From Amoebophrya sp. A120 (taxonomy: Eukaryota > Protista > Dinoflagellata): a stretch of DNA of 64,000 bases. Positions 11,438 through 23,534 of the stretch are shown in pieces (positions within the stretch are counted from its first letter, which is position 1; the number at the start of each line of letters is the position of its first letter). The position numbers were made by a program, and so were the translations under genes. Where the stretch lies: positions 915,643 through 979,642 of the forward strand of contig CAJINV010000001.1 of assembly GCA_905178155.1 (NCBI GenBank). Direction: 5' to 3'. The notes below the pieces were generated by a model. It saw nothing but the letters and a program-made list of their open reading frames with translations. It did no database searches and had not been told where the DNA came from.

Positions 11438-14400
11438 CTACGAGCCTTCCGGCGCAGTTCCTTTACTGGATGCGTCCTCGTGCGTGTCTCCAGGTGCGCG
11501 GCCGGCGTTGCCAGTCCAGGCGGTGATCGTACCGAGGACCTGTATACGTAATTCCATGTTTCTTTTGGCTTTTCAACTTGAACTATCTATGTACATTAAC
11601 TTTCGAGAGTGTGTCACAAACAAGTGACCAACTCATTGTCATTCTCCTCGTCCAGATGCACTTGCACATTTACATCTCGTCGCATGACCGTCCAAACGAC
11701 AATTGCGGCAGATCATGAAAGCACAAATAGGTAGTGCTGCAACACAAAAAAAAGCCGCACCGCGTTTTCCACGGTACTGACCGCGTAGGTGCGTTTTTCC
11801 ACCGTTCGTTTCTCTACGACAGAGAGCGAGTCCATCAGGATCATATGCAGTGCCAAGAAAGTATACTCGTATAAATGCATTACAAATTTCCTCAGCATGA
11901 GAAATCAAATTTGTACTGCGGCTCTCCCTTACGAAAAAAATTTGTAATGCATGACTGCAATACGAGTACGATACTTTTGCACAGGATAGATCATCACCGA
12001 CCGCAAATCCCGGATCGCCTGGTTTAAGCTCGACAACTATCAACTGCAAAAATGTCTGGGTCTGGAAATTTGTGATGCTGGTTGGCGTATCATGAGGCGG
12101 CCACAAGTGCTGGCTCAGCATGACAAGTTTCTGAGCTTCGAGGTGTTGCCTATTCTGCATGACAAACTGCGTTTCTGCATGACAAAAAAACGGGGCTCTT
12201 GGGTAACGTGCATGACAGACTTTGGGGTCATGCTGGCAGAGCATGACAGACCTTCCATTCTTCCAGACCCAGACATTTTTACAATCCATAACAACCGCGG
12301 CGACAGACACATGTAGTGCGAAATGTTGGAGATGCTGGTGGCCAGCGTCACGGTAAACACCACCCAGTGCTGCTGCAGAATCGCCGCCAGAAACGTGCCC
12401 GAAGCGGTGACAAGGATTCCGAGGGTTTCCAGCGTGGAAAGCCGCTGCGACAACGGCGGGGCCTGCTTCTGGAACAAGGTCAGCAAAACGCGGAGACGGT
12501 ACTCGACGTACCTTGTTGTGGATGGAAAGTTGATGAATGAATACTTAGCAAGACAGAGTTCATCATAGCAAGACACTGACATCCCAAGCTGTAACTTACC
12601 AATGAGGAGAAAGGGTAGCTGTAGCCGCATGACGAACCTCGAGACACATCATTGACTCCTGCAAGAATTTTATATACGTTTCAATGGTCATGGGCGAAAC
12701 GAAGTCATCTTCCTCGATGAAATTGTCGTTTTCGCAGTGGTGTATGCAAGAAAGAAACTGTGTAAGTGTAAGTCGGTCTCTGTGATGCAAAAAATGCAAA
12801 ACAGCTACCCTTGTCATGCTCCACATGCATGATAGGCTCGTTTCCTACGTGTTTTCCCACCCTATGTGCGCATGACAAGTTTTTCCTGTCATGGCAGACA
12901 AACTTGTGATGCTGTTTTCCAAAAAGACCTACACAAACAAAGTTTTTTCCTTGGATATGGTGGATCTCCATGTCCCCCGTTTCCGGCTCACTGGGCCCCT
13001 TGGAGGTCCGCTGGATGGTCCTATCCAGGAAAAAACACCCATCCACATCCTCCAATTTGATGTCATGCAAAACACACATAAAATTCTGTGTTTGTCATGC
13101 AAAAAATGGATGTGGATGGGTTTTTTTCTGTGGATAGGTTCGGGTGACGTGCGAAAGCGCGTTGCCCATGCCGGGGATGTGCGCGAGCCCCTCCAGCTTC
13201 CGGAGCTGTTTGGCCAGGTGCTTGGGCATCTTGAACTGGATGTCCTCCCGGTTGCCGTTTTTCGCGTAGTAGAACCCGCTGCGCAGCACCGTGCGGGGGA
13301 CGTGCTCGCGCAGCGTCGCCTTGAACTCCTGGTTGCCGATGTCCGCCACGCAGCTCTTGCCCGTCCAACTCTCCTTCATGGCGTCGTCCGACAGGCTTTC
13401 CAGCACGGCTGCGTAGATCGACTGCACGTTGATGACGAACACCTTGCGCGGCGCCCTTGACCCGTCGTCCGCCTTCAGATGGTCGCCCTTCAGCCCCTCC
13501 GTGGCGGAGTCCACCAGCTCCGCCGAGACGTGGTCAGGATCCACGCCCGCGCTCTCGCCGGTTTTGGCCTCGTCGGAAAAGGGGTTGTATTCGTTGACGT
13601 GGCACCGAAACTTGTAGTATCAAATGCAAATATGTCTGGGTCTGGAAACTTGTGATGCAAAGAAGCGAATCGTGAGCCCACTGCAATGCGCTGCCAAGCA
13701 TGACAAGTTCTTTTCATGGTTCTGAGTTACGTTTTCCGCATGAGAAACTGCGTTTTTACATGACAGGGAAGAGGAGCTTTTTGCGGCCACGCAATACAGA
13801 GTTCATCATCATCATGTAGTGGACACCCGCTCCCAGCGCCACAGGTCAAGGATCCCCTCCCCGGGGGGTGGGCGAGGAAGCACTTTCGGCGACCTCATCA
13901 TACAAAAGCCGAGCGCTACCACGGCAAGTCGCCCCAAGAAAAGTACCAACCAGTCGGGAGCTACCCACCACACCTGATCGGTACAGCCCGGCCAGCAAGC
14001 CGAGCGCGACAGAGTTCAGAGTCTCTCTCTGTCATGCCAGATTAGCATGACAAATCTCGCAGTTATCTCCCAGACTTAGACATATTTGCGATCGATATGT
14101 AGATCTCCGACACAATCTGCCCGGCCGCGGTGTAGGTCGCCCCCCACTTCTGGAGGTAGCGGCGGTGCGACACGTAGGCCCCGAGGGCGCCCGCGACGAT
14201 GGGGATGATGAGCAGGAAGTTGGTGAGGGCGAGGTAGAGAAAATCGCTGTCCCCGCACTTGTGCTGGTCACCCGCGCACTGTGAGAGTGCACAACTCCCC
14301 CTCCCCCTCAATTGTATGGCATAAACAGCAATACAAATGCCAGCACTCCTGGAGCCTGTGTATGACAAGTTCACGGGCCCAAGGTAGAAGTACTGATTGG

Positions 14401-17400
14401 GCTTCTGAAATTTGTCATGCAAATGGCGCCACAGGGCAGCAAATGGATTTGCGGTTTGGCATGACAAATGAGGGGGAGGGGGAGTTGTGCACTCTCATAC
14501 GCACTCGCGCGCGACGTGCACGCTGAAGTACACGGAGAAGAACGCCCCGAACCAGCCCAGCATGATATGGAAGCGTCAGGATTGAAATCGTCAAAGTTGA
14601 AATAATTTGTGATGCATAAAACGAAACCCACAAAGTGCCTGTCTTGCAGAGTATGCAAGGGAGGCAGATTAAAAGCCTGTTGAGGGGTAGAAATAGAGCT
14701 GCTAAAGTAGCATGACAAAACGCGTCTTCCTTACCCAAACAGCATTACAGACTGGATTTCGGCACCACCAAAACTTGTCATGCGCCACTTGAAAACTGGG
14801 CTCCAACTGGCATCCATTTTATGCATGGCCAACTATTTCAACTCTGACGATTTCAAACCTGACACATCCATACATGAGCTGCAGCAGGTAGAGCAGATCC
14901 GCCCACTTGCGAAACACCTTGGCGTTTTTGATCAGGGTCATGTGCATCTTCCAGGCCTCGATCACCACGTCCTCCTCCGCGGTGCCCAGCCCCAGCTCCG
15001 GCAGCCCCAGACTGCTCTGCGCGAAGCACCCCGTCAGCTTCTCCACCACCGCTTCGGGACCCTCCCGCAACTATGAATTGCAAAAGCATCGCGCACACAC
15101 TAGTAGAAATCGCATGACAAATTTCCTCAGCATGAGAAATGGAAATTTGTAATGCGGATTTAGCTATAATTTCGAGGCTTGTAATGCCTGATTGCAATTA
15201 GTGAAAGTACGAGTGCGATACTCTTTTGCACAGGGTAGCAACCCGTCCACGACGATCACTGATTTGCGCATCACGTCCGGCGCTCGCTTTTCCAGCTCCT
15301 GCATCATCATGATCTGCGGCAGCCCGAACTTCCGCGCCCACGGCTCGCGCGACACCAGCGACACCTTCTCCAGGATCAGCTGCCGCCGCGCGCACTCGTT
15401 GGGCTGGATGTTTTCCAGGTGCGCCTTCTTCGTGACGCACCAGTAGTGCAGGGACCCGAAGCTCTGCGCGACGCCGCCCGTGTTCAGCAAAATCACCGTG
15501 GGCTTCCCCCGGGAGATCCAGTCCACCATGCGGTCGAAGCTGAGGTTCCCGCCGTGCGCAAAGATGCGGCCCTCCCCGCCAAATTTTTCCAGGGGTAACG
15601 AGGAGTCCGTCGCGCTCTCGAAGAGGCAGTAGTGCGTGGCGGACCCGTAGAGGTACTGGCGGTAGTGGTAGAGCCACTTGTTCTGCGGGGTGACCAGCCG
15701 CCGGCCGTCGTGCTATCCTGTGCAAAAACGTCCCCACCCCATAGCCAAGATGGTGACTCGGCTAGACAAATCCACAAGCTTTGGCTGTTTTGCATGACAA
15801 ATTTTGACTCGTAGTGTAGTGCTGTTTGAGCTATCTGAGCAGCATCACAGATCTAGTATATCCTGCTGATTGGAGCATGACAAATTCCAAAACACGACTG
15901 GAAAATGCGTTTCATGGGACTCCGCATGACAAACATTTTCAGCATGCAGACTTGCATGACAACTCTGGGGTGGGGACGTTTTTAAATACGATACGTGCGT
16001 GCGCATCATCACGTGGTGCTCGTCTGTCTGCACCATGGCGTCCTCCGGCTTCCGCGGCAGCCGCCGGTCCCCCTCGGCGAGCCAGGTCTCGTATTCCTCC
16101 TTCGTCCCGAAGTGGGAGGGCGCGTACTCTTATGCATGGCAAACATATGATCTGGGTCTGGTGGAAAATTTTGAATACAGAGCTCAGAGTCATCGTCATG
16201 CCAGAGGACAAGCATGCACGGCATCAAATCGTCCCGCAAATCATTTTTTCCAGCTCCAGGCCCAGACAACTAGCTACATATTGGCATTTGATAACTCCTC
16301 GTGCGGCACGCGGAAATGGTAGGACTTCCATTCGTGGAAGTCGCTGGGGGAGTACAAGGTGTGCACGCCGTGGCACTCCGTGGGCTCGTCGAAGGGCTTG
16401 GCCTGCGAAGAGAGCTTGAACAGGTGTAACAGCTGCTCGTTCACGCGGAAGCTGGGCCGGAACTGCTGGTAGCGCTGCAGCGAATCCAGGCAGAGCACCA
16501 CGGGCAGCTTGTCGCACTTCTGCAGCGCCAGCTCGAGCAGCAGCTCGGACGTGGGGCTGGACTTGGTGGAGTCGGTCCGGTCCACCACCACCCAGATGTT
16601 GCTCATGTAGGCCGCCTGCAGCACCGCCGTGAGCACGTTCACCAACCGGCTGAACAGCACCTCGTCCACCTCTTGCGCCACCTGTAATGCGTGCTCCTTC
16701 TCCTCCTCCAGCGCCTCGCAGCTCGCGGTGTATCAAATGTAAAACATGTCTGGGTCTGGAAGAAAATGCAAGTTTGTCATGTTTGTCTGGCATGACTCTC
16801 AAATCAGTGATGCATGAGCAGCAAAAGGGCCTCTCGCCTGTCATGCAAAAGCGCAGCTTGTCATGCGAAAAACGAAACACACAACCGCACAAAAAACTTG
16901 TCATGCTGGGCTGCACATTGCAGTGCGCCCACCATTCGCAAATTAGCATCACAAGTTTCCAGACCCATACATATTTGCAATGCATACTGTCCGCTCCAGC
17001 GCCATGTAGTCCTGCGGGCCGCCCCGCTTCCGCATCACCCCGCCCTTCTTGTTCAGTTGAAAGGAAGCCTGCTCCACGATCGATTTGAAAGCCGGCTCCT
17101 GCAGCAGCTCCGACGTGGACAGCGCACACGGGTGCTTGGTGCCTATGGGAGTGTCAGGATCGAAATCGACAAAATCGAAATAATCTGTAATGCATAAAAT
17201 GCTATGCAGAAAGCGACTCTATTGCAGAGTATGCAAGGAAGGCGGATTGTAGTCCTGGTACGGGTTAAGTTTTGGGCTGCTGACTAGCATGACAGAAGGC
17301 AGCTCTTTTGCCCTAAACCGCATGACAGATTCGCTTCCAGGCCGAGGAGAATTTGTCATGCGCCGACTACAGACTGTGGGTCTAACTGGCATCGATTTTG

Positions 17401-18873
17401 TGCATCACAAGTTTTTCGATTTTGACAATTTCGATTCTGACACTTCCATAGTGCCGAAGTCCAGCTTAATGTACATGCTCGGCTTCTGCAGGTTCCATTT
17501 CGTTTTCAGCGTTTCCGTGAACTGCGAAGTCGACACCTGGTGCTTCCGCGGCACGAACAGCGAGTTGGTGACCCGCTCCCCCCGCCCGATCCGCGCCTTC
17601 ACGTAACCCAGCTTGGGCAGCGGCGCGTCCCCGCGGATGTGCTTGAAACGGCCATGGAACGCGTTCTGGATGGTTTTTTGGTCCTTCTTCAAACCTTCCC
17701 AGGCGAAGTGCAGCAGCTGCGGGGTGATCTGCGGGATCTGGGGATCATTCACCGGGTCCTTCTCCAGCCGGTGGATCAGCTCCCACAGCGGCACCGGGTC
17801 CAACCCCTCGGATTCGAAGTGGGGCAGCCGATCGTGGGTCGCCAGGGTATCAAATGCAAAGCATGTTGTCTGGGTCTGGAAGATAATCGCAACATTTCGA
17901 TCATGCATCTCGCGGACCACGCACCTGGTCTGGAATACACACAGAAGCATCACAGATTCATTTTGTGGGTGGACCTTCTCTAATCTCTATGCCTCTCACT
18001 CATGAAAAATACGCCTTTCGCTTGGCACAAATAAGTGGGTATCTTTTGCAAGTCATACAACAAAGATTGATCCTGGTGTTTTCGAGAGTTTGCATGACAA
18101 GCTCCATCCTTCCAGACCCAGACATATAATTTGCACAATGCATACAGGGCATCGTAGGCATATACACACTCCTGCAGGTTCTCTAGAAACCGCTCCCAGT
18201 CCGCGTCCTCCTCCTCCCCGGGCGTGTGGTAAAAGTCGTGCATCACCAGCCCGGGCACCAGGTCCAGAAACGGGGTTTTGTTGGAATTACCCAGGGTATC
18301 CGTCGGTGACGGGTCGGCGCCGCCGCCCCCGACGGCGGTGGTGGTAGAAGCTGCATTCGGAAGTAGATTACTGGCACCACCACCTCCAACCGCGCCCGGC
18401 ACGTTTACCACCACGTGCTGCGTAGCTCCTCCTGCGCGCTTGTGAAGATCGGGCACGACTGACCGCGACTTTTCGCAGAGGGACTGCACGCTGTCGCGGC
18501 GGGATATCATCGCGGGAACGGAGTGCTCCAGAGTGCAATCCGTTGAGAAGGAGGTGCTTTTTCGCAGCGGGTTGCCGCCGGGCAAATCGTCCACGCCAAT
18601 GGCGGGCGCCGGCCCGGTTGAGATCCGCGGGCCCGAGGTAGTTGTAGTTGTGCCAACCACCGGTGGCAGCGAGAGTGGCGCCGCGAGACTCGCAGAGAGT
18701 GAACTCGCGAGAGTGGCGTCGCGAGAGGGCGCCGAGAGTGAATTATCCTCGCCATCCTCGCAGGACGGGCTCGCCGACGTCCCAACGTCAGCTACCCAGC
18801 GCTGTGCTTCCTCCAGATCCGTACTCGCGCTGTTGCTCCCTGAACCGTCCAGACTGATGTCCCACTTCTTCAT
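11438..18873 (-). CDS. TRPM-type SLOG/LSDAT domain protein fused to two SLATT/DUF4231-like 2TM modules
   Basis: One frame after removing 13 introners and 2 GT-AG introns: KWNLQKPSMYIKLDFG, THYCLFE...KPTVILLNTGGVAQ, 2TM followed by QKWGATYTAAGQIVSEIYKFR, DDFVSPMTIETYVEYRL, 2TM followed by SLSVVEKR...VENAVLGTITAW; stop at 11438. Domain names come from recalled motifs, not an HMM search. Confidence 0.7.
11844..11988. mobile_element. Introner family C (145 bp)
   Basis: TSD GATCA, TAT...ATA, degenerate TIR; removal gives SVMI-LMDSLSVVE. Confidence 0.8.
12038..12290. mobile_element. Introner family A (253 bp)
   Basis: TSD ACAAC; ~30-bp TIR tat..tgcaaaaatgtctgggtctggaa; removal gives LSPRL-SSLNQAIRDL. 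Confidence 0.92.
12743..12957. mobile_element. Introner (215 bp, singleton TIR)
   Basis: TSD TGGTG; TIR tatgcaagaaagaaact / tatccaaggaaaaaact; removal gives EIHH-CENDNF. Confidence 0.85.
13022..13136. mobile_element. Introner (115 bp, singleton TIR)
   Basis: TSD GGTCC/GGTTC; TIR tatcca..aaaaaa.cccatccacatcc; frame restored. Confidence 0.85.
13618..14097. mobile_element. Introner family A with nested insertion (480 bp)
   Basis: TSD TGTAG; removal gives IVSEIY-KFRCHVNEY; homologous to 46421-46673 apart from the nested insert. Confidence 0.9.
13806..14008 (-). mobile_element. Nested retroposon-like fragment with short (TGA)n tail
   Basis: 10-bp direct repeat ACAGAGTTCA at 13796-13805 and 14009-14018; tcatcatcat next to the left repeat; absent from sister copy 46421-46673. 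Confidence 0.65.
14280..14499. mobile_element. Introner family E (220 bp)
   Basis: TSD CGCAC; TIR t(g/a)tgagagtgcacaactccccctccccctca; removal gives VAREC-AGDQHK. Confidence 0.9.
14566..14872. mobile_element. Introner family F (307 bp)
   Basis: TSD CATGA; TIR tatgga.g.gtcagg.ttgaaatcgtca; removal gives LLQLM-LGWFGAFF. Confidence 0.9.
15072..15237. mobile_element. Introner family C (166 bp)
   Basis: TSD GCAAC; TAT...GTA; shares acaaatttcctcagcatgagaaat with 11844-11988; removal gives VVDGL-REGPEAVV. Confidence 0.8.
15714..15993. mobile_element. Introner family D (280 bp)
   Basis: TSD CGTGC; TIR tatc....aaaaacgtccccacccca; removal gives MRTH-DGRRLVTPQNKW. Confidence 0.9.
16131..16293. mobile_element. 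Introner family A, shortened and degenerate (163 bp)
   Basis: Flanks ACTCT/ACTCC; remnant tctgggtctgg / ccaggcccagac; removal gives PHEE-YAPSHFG. Confidence 0.8.
16731..16986. mobile_element. Introner family A (256 bp), inverted relative to 13618 and 46421
   Basis: Clear TIRs; flanks CGGTG/CTGTC (both differences synonymous); removal gives ALERT-ASCEALEEE. Confidence 0.85.
17144..17450. mobile_element. Introner family F (307 bp)
   Basis: TSD GTGCC; same length as, and colinear with, 14566-14872; removal gives LDFG-TKHPCAL. Confidence 0.9.
17848..18144. mobile_element. Introner family A (297 bp)
   Basis: TSD CAGGG; removal gives YAYDAL-ATHDRLPHF. Confidence 0.9.
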
Positions 18874-19825
18874 CTTCTGTTATATCTACACCAACAGGAA
18901 CGAACAGACAAGGACGAACCCGAATACTTTACTTAAGTTATATCTCTTCCAAGCCGTGGTCATGGGAAACAAAAATGTTGCTCGACAAAGAATACTCGCG
19001 CGGCCTGATAAGTAGATCACTCGGCGCGAGCAGAGTTGATGTCCCCACAGCTGGGAAATCGCATGCTGTTTCACAGGACCTACAACAAGTGCCGCCGTCT
19101 CTCGCAGTCATCATCGATTTTTCGCAGAGGGACTAGTCGTGTTGAAGTGACTACTCGTGGTGAGGTGGCTAGTACTCGTTCCGACCTCCCTTGCAGGAAA
19201 GGCACTGCTCATGTTGAGGTATGAGGTGCCGCGTGCGGGTGCTGTTTAAGTAAAGTAGGAACACAAAAACAAACAAGAAGCGAGAGCACCTTCAAGCGTG
19301 TTTTTGTGCTGACGTTCATACTAGTTTTTTCAGTTTCATTGCGAACAGGCATACCAAAATGTCATCTTGATGGTTTTCATGCATTTTACATTTACAACCT
19401 TGGAAAAAGCAAGCAAGAGATAAAAAAAAATTAGCATGACATAGTAAACGCCACGATTTCATTTCTGCGCCGGAAGCGGACGCAATGATGGAAACATACA
19501 TGGATGTGGTGGTAGTTTTTCGAAAACAGGTCGACATCGACATGGTCGACGCACCAAATCGCAGCCAAATATCCGCGTTCTAGTTGTAAATTGATCAAGT
19601 TTTACATATTCATACTGTTCTACAAAACAAACCTGAGAGGAAATGTCAAAATTGCAATGTTCGAAAGATCGAAGAAAGCATGGATCAAAAATCAAAACGT
19701 GTACTCGTCTATGAAACAGGTTTGCAACAAGTACATTCAAAACGCAAATGCGCAAAAAAAAACAAAAACTCGACGGCTCTCCTCGTATCAAGCAGCATCC
19801 GCTTCCACTCCGTCTGTGCCAGCAT

Positions 19826-22800
19826 TCAATTCTCCGCATCTACGGCAGCTGCCGCAGGGTTGGCTACGCTAGTAGATGCAGCACAAGTGTGACCAGCGTC
19901 TGGCTTCTTGGTCGTCCCACCCTCGCTTCCGCTCTTTTCCTCGTCCTCGCAGTCGGCTTTCGCAGCAAAAATGCGCCAGGAACCGTCGACCTGCAAACAC
20001 GATAGATTTATTTTCATCTCTTAATTTTTACAATAGCACTGCCTCTACAACTTGCCTTACTTCCGAGTCTGTTACAACTTACGTCAGGTACTATTGACAA
20101 CTCGATCGGTTCTGGTATTATTGCATCTAAGAACTACGTCCGGAATTCGCTATAATTCTTATCCAACAAATCACTGTAGTTTCTATCTGAAGATATCGTA
20201 TTTAAGTGGAGATATGAAAATGTACCTGCTGTTTCTGTTGCACTTGAATGTCAGCGGGGAACTGCTTCACGAGCTTCCACAGCGGTACCCGACCGATCGC
20301 TTTCCAAGCCGCTTTGATTCCCGGTTCCCGCGTATCAAGTGTAAAAATGTCTGGGTCTGGAAGAGTCATGCTGTTTCTGCATGACACAGAAGGCCTGGCA
20401 TGGAAGCTCTAGCATCACAGGTTTCGAGAAGCTTCCGCAATGCCGAATCCGCATGACAAATCCCTCATGTTGGTCACAGAAAGTGAGCAGCTTTTGCTGC
20501 CTATGCATCAGAGATTCTTGTGTGTTCTGAAATGCGCATCACAAGTTACTGTTACATCCTTCCAGACCCAGACATTTTTGCATTTGATACCGCGCAGCCT
20601 CTTCTCCTATCAAAATGAAGATTGACCCTGCAGCCCCAGAAGTGTAGGTATAAACAAGAAGAGTATATTTCTTTGCATTCGCAAAAGACCTTCATCTGGT
20701 GCAATTCTCACGTGTAAAAGCGCAGGTGATACAACTCCTGCTGCTCTCGTATGTTTGTATAACACCAACGCATCAAATTTGCGATGCATAACAGCGAAAG
20801 TAGTACTTAAAGCTATGTAGCGCACAACACATACAGTATGGAGGGACACACTTGTCATACTCATGTTCGAGGCGAGGCACACTCCACTTTGATATCCACC
20901 GTACAGGATTTCTGCTCGCGGGACAGGACGAAGCGCTGCGTCTCCATGGCAAGGCGCTGCATCCCTGGATTCGTCGTGCCACCGGTCGAGTAACCTCCTG
21001 TCCGGAGGGCACGACCGGACGTCTCATTCACGATCGCTTCTTGATCATGACTATCACGACTAGCGCTTTTAACATTCTGCTCCGCCAGATTATGCGGTGA
21101 AACCACAGCCAGCTTCGTTGCGTATTCCGCGACGTCACCTTGCGGTACGAGCAGCGTTGGTGTGAAAACCGGCCTATCCGCCAGCTCCTCGTTTCCGCCC
21201 GGAAACCCGTTCTCGGATGTCCTCCGCGTATCATGTGGGAAAAAACCTGCAGCTGCACTTGGAAAACAAGATCAGAAGACCAACAGCCCATAGTAGAGAA
21301 ATCCAGCACATATCTGTCACAGCGGATCCTACATATCAATTCAAGGAGGACATGCGAACGAAACCAAAATCTTGTTCATGTTCTGTACATCTCCCAAGAT
21401 ACACTGCGCTAGCTTTTTTCCAAAAGATACCGCAAACCTGAGACAGAAAGAACCTCAGTGCATCTAGAGGTCGTGTTTCCACCCGGCCCGGAGCTGTTCT
21501 TCTGCGGAGTCGCGTACTGGAGTTTGTCTTTGTTCGTAGAAGATGCCATTATTTGTTCGGTGGCCAATGTTGCGGATGTCGCACTATTCTTCGCGGCCCC
21601 GAAGTTGTTGTTGTACTGGTGCTGTTGCCACGACAAACCCCGATTCATCCTCCCACCGGTATTGTAGTTGTTCCAGGATGAACTACTACCAGGTTTGCCG
21701 CCACCGTAGTTGTTGTAATACGAAGATGTTGGAGGTGAAAACGCGCCACCGCGATTCCCATTCCGATGCAGCGCTCCGTGGTAATTAACATCATCCGGCT
21801 TTGCATTTGTTAAAGATGTTGACCAAGTTGCATTATTAGTCGACGCTTGATATAGTTCTTCCCAGAGACGGCCCTGCATTGACGCAGTGGTCGCGGTGGA
21901 CGCCGTCGGAGGTGCCGGCGCAACTTGGTTGTTGACGATCGCGAGGATCTCCAATGCGCGCCGTAGTGTACCAGGATCCGACAACAGGTCAGCGGGCACG
22001 TCCGTGGTGTGGTGTGCAGGGTCGGAAGCTAGGTCGGCGGGGGACGCGAGCTCTCTTTGGTACCTACCGTGTATCAAAGTGGGCGCAGGAGGTTTGGAGA
22101 TTTCTTCAGACTAATCCTACAATCGTGTCAGAAATTCGAAGTATGGCATCCTACATACTCTTGCGTCACTCGTCGATTTTATTTCGAGTCCTTTGTACAA
22201 ACTTTTGCGAAACTCACATACCTATACCTCTAAATCCAAAACCAAAGATTGATAGAACTTTCTATACCATGCTGGAGATTTTGCAGCACTAATTGCCGGA
22301 CGCTCAGATTTCGTATCTCGGCGCTCCCAGCAGTCTTGTGCCGCTTTCTGAGATGCCCCGGGCCGCAACCACGCCTGATCATCTCGCTCGCGGCCTAGTC
22401 GTGCGACAGTAGTTCCATTCGTGTACAAGTTTACTATTTCTTCTTGCACACTTGGAGGCGAGAAGAACTGCGGCGGCGTTGTATTCCCCTGTAGTGCGTC
22501 GCTCGTTTCGAATGCATTTGACGAAGCGGGCACAACTTTCTCGTCACCCTTCAGTAAAACAGCGTCGCTTCGTGCAGAAACCGTTGCAGCGCTACGCGGA
22601 TCCGTTGCGAGTCGGTACGCGATTTTCATCACGCCGGAGGATGTAGTGGTCCGCTTGCTGGGTGTAGCGTTTATGGCGCGCGCAGGCTCGGTTTCGTGAG
22701 GAGAACGATCGTTTTGATCGGCCATCTTTGCACTACTGACCATCTCCACCTCGCACAAATTCTGCAACGCAGTGTCCAAACACGAGAAGCCGTGACGCCG

Positions 22801-23534
22801 GAGAAAGGAAGACAAGAACGGAAACCGGTGCTCGTACTTGGGGTCCGACTGGTACTGCGCCCTGTTTCGAATGAATAAAGAACTTTTTTCACCACATTTC
22901 TATCGGCCGCCTTCAGGACGAGGTGTGGAAAGCCACTGGAAACTACACTCACTGACTTACAGCAAAAGCACCAAGAACTGCCATGCAGACCAAATTGAAA
23001 CTTTTCACACGAAAAGCAAAAGAAAAACATTTCTAGATACGGATGAGATACACAACTAACACTATCCTCCAGTTACCACAGATCCGCGATCGCATTGGAG
23101 CTCACGCACGTTTTCTCGGCCTCTTGCAGAACTGTGTGTACACAAGACACAAACAGGACAAAGTCTCCGCTTCGACTTTGCATTGCGGTTACCGCATCCC
23201 CCGAGCGCGAGACCAGCTTCTTACTGGTCAGGTCCGCCAACAATTCAAAAGGAGACATGGTCATGGTCTCGCCGAAGCGCGCCCGGAAGCGCAACTCGAT
23301 AGAGTCCAGGAGTGTGGCAATGCTCATGGGTCCGCCATACTCCACCAAAAGTTGGGCCACGCGCGCGCACTCCTCCTCCCGTTCAAGACCAAGGCCGGGT
23401 GGCAGGCGCTGCGGAGACTCGAAATTGTCCGGCATTTTACTTATTGGTTCCCAGGATAAGAATTTGTGGGGTTTGGTGTGCGCGTCCCTTTGCCGAACGT
23501 CCAGCTCTTCCCACAGCGACAAAAGAGCTTGCAA
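19826..23534 (-). CDS. Hypothetical multi-exon protein (may be more than one gene); possible winged-helix/LOTUS-like segments
   Basis: ORFs 23073-23534, 22222-22815, 21409-22077, 20861-21106; introner removal at 20333 gives LIGEEAAREPGIKAAWKAIGRVPLWKLVKQFP. Confidence 0.4.
20333..20589. mobile_element. Introner family A (257 bp)
   Basis: TSD CCGCG; near-perfect TIRs. Confidence 0.9.

Noticed and set aside
11639-12310. Recurring ORF peptides such as CKNVWVWK, FQTQTFL and PDPDIFA in many ORFs, suggesting a repeat-protein family
   Set aside because: They are translations of the family A TIR in different frames, not proteins.
12512-12677. Intron with near-direct flanks ACGTA/AGGTA that looks like an introner
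   Set aside because: No TIR is visible and it is a valid GT-AG intron; the flank similarity is expected from the splice consensus.
12038-18144. Recurring ~30-bp repeats resembling a CRISPR array
   Set aside because: They are inverted pairs with TSDs, irregularly spaced inside eukaryotic genes, and no cas genes are present.
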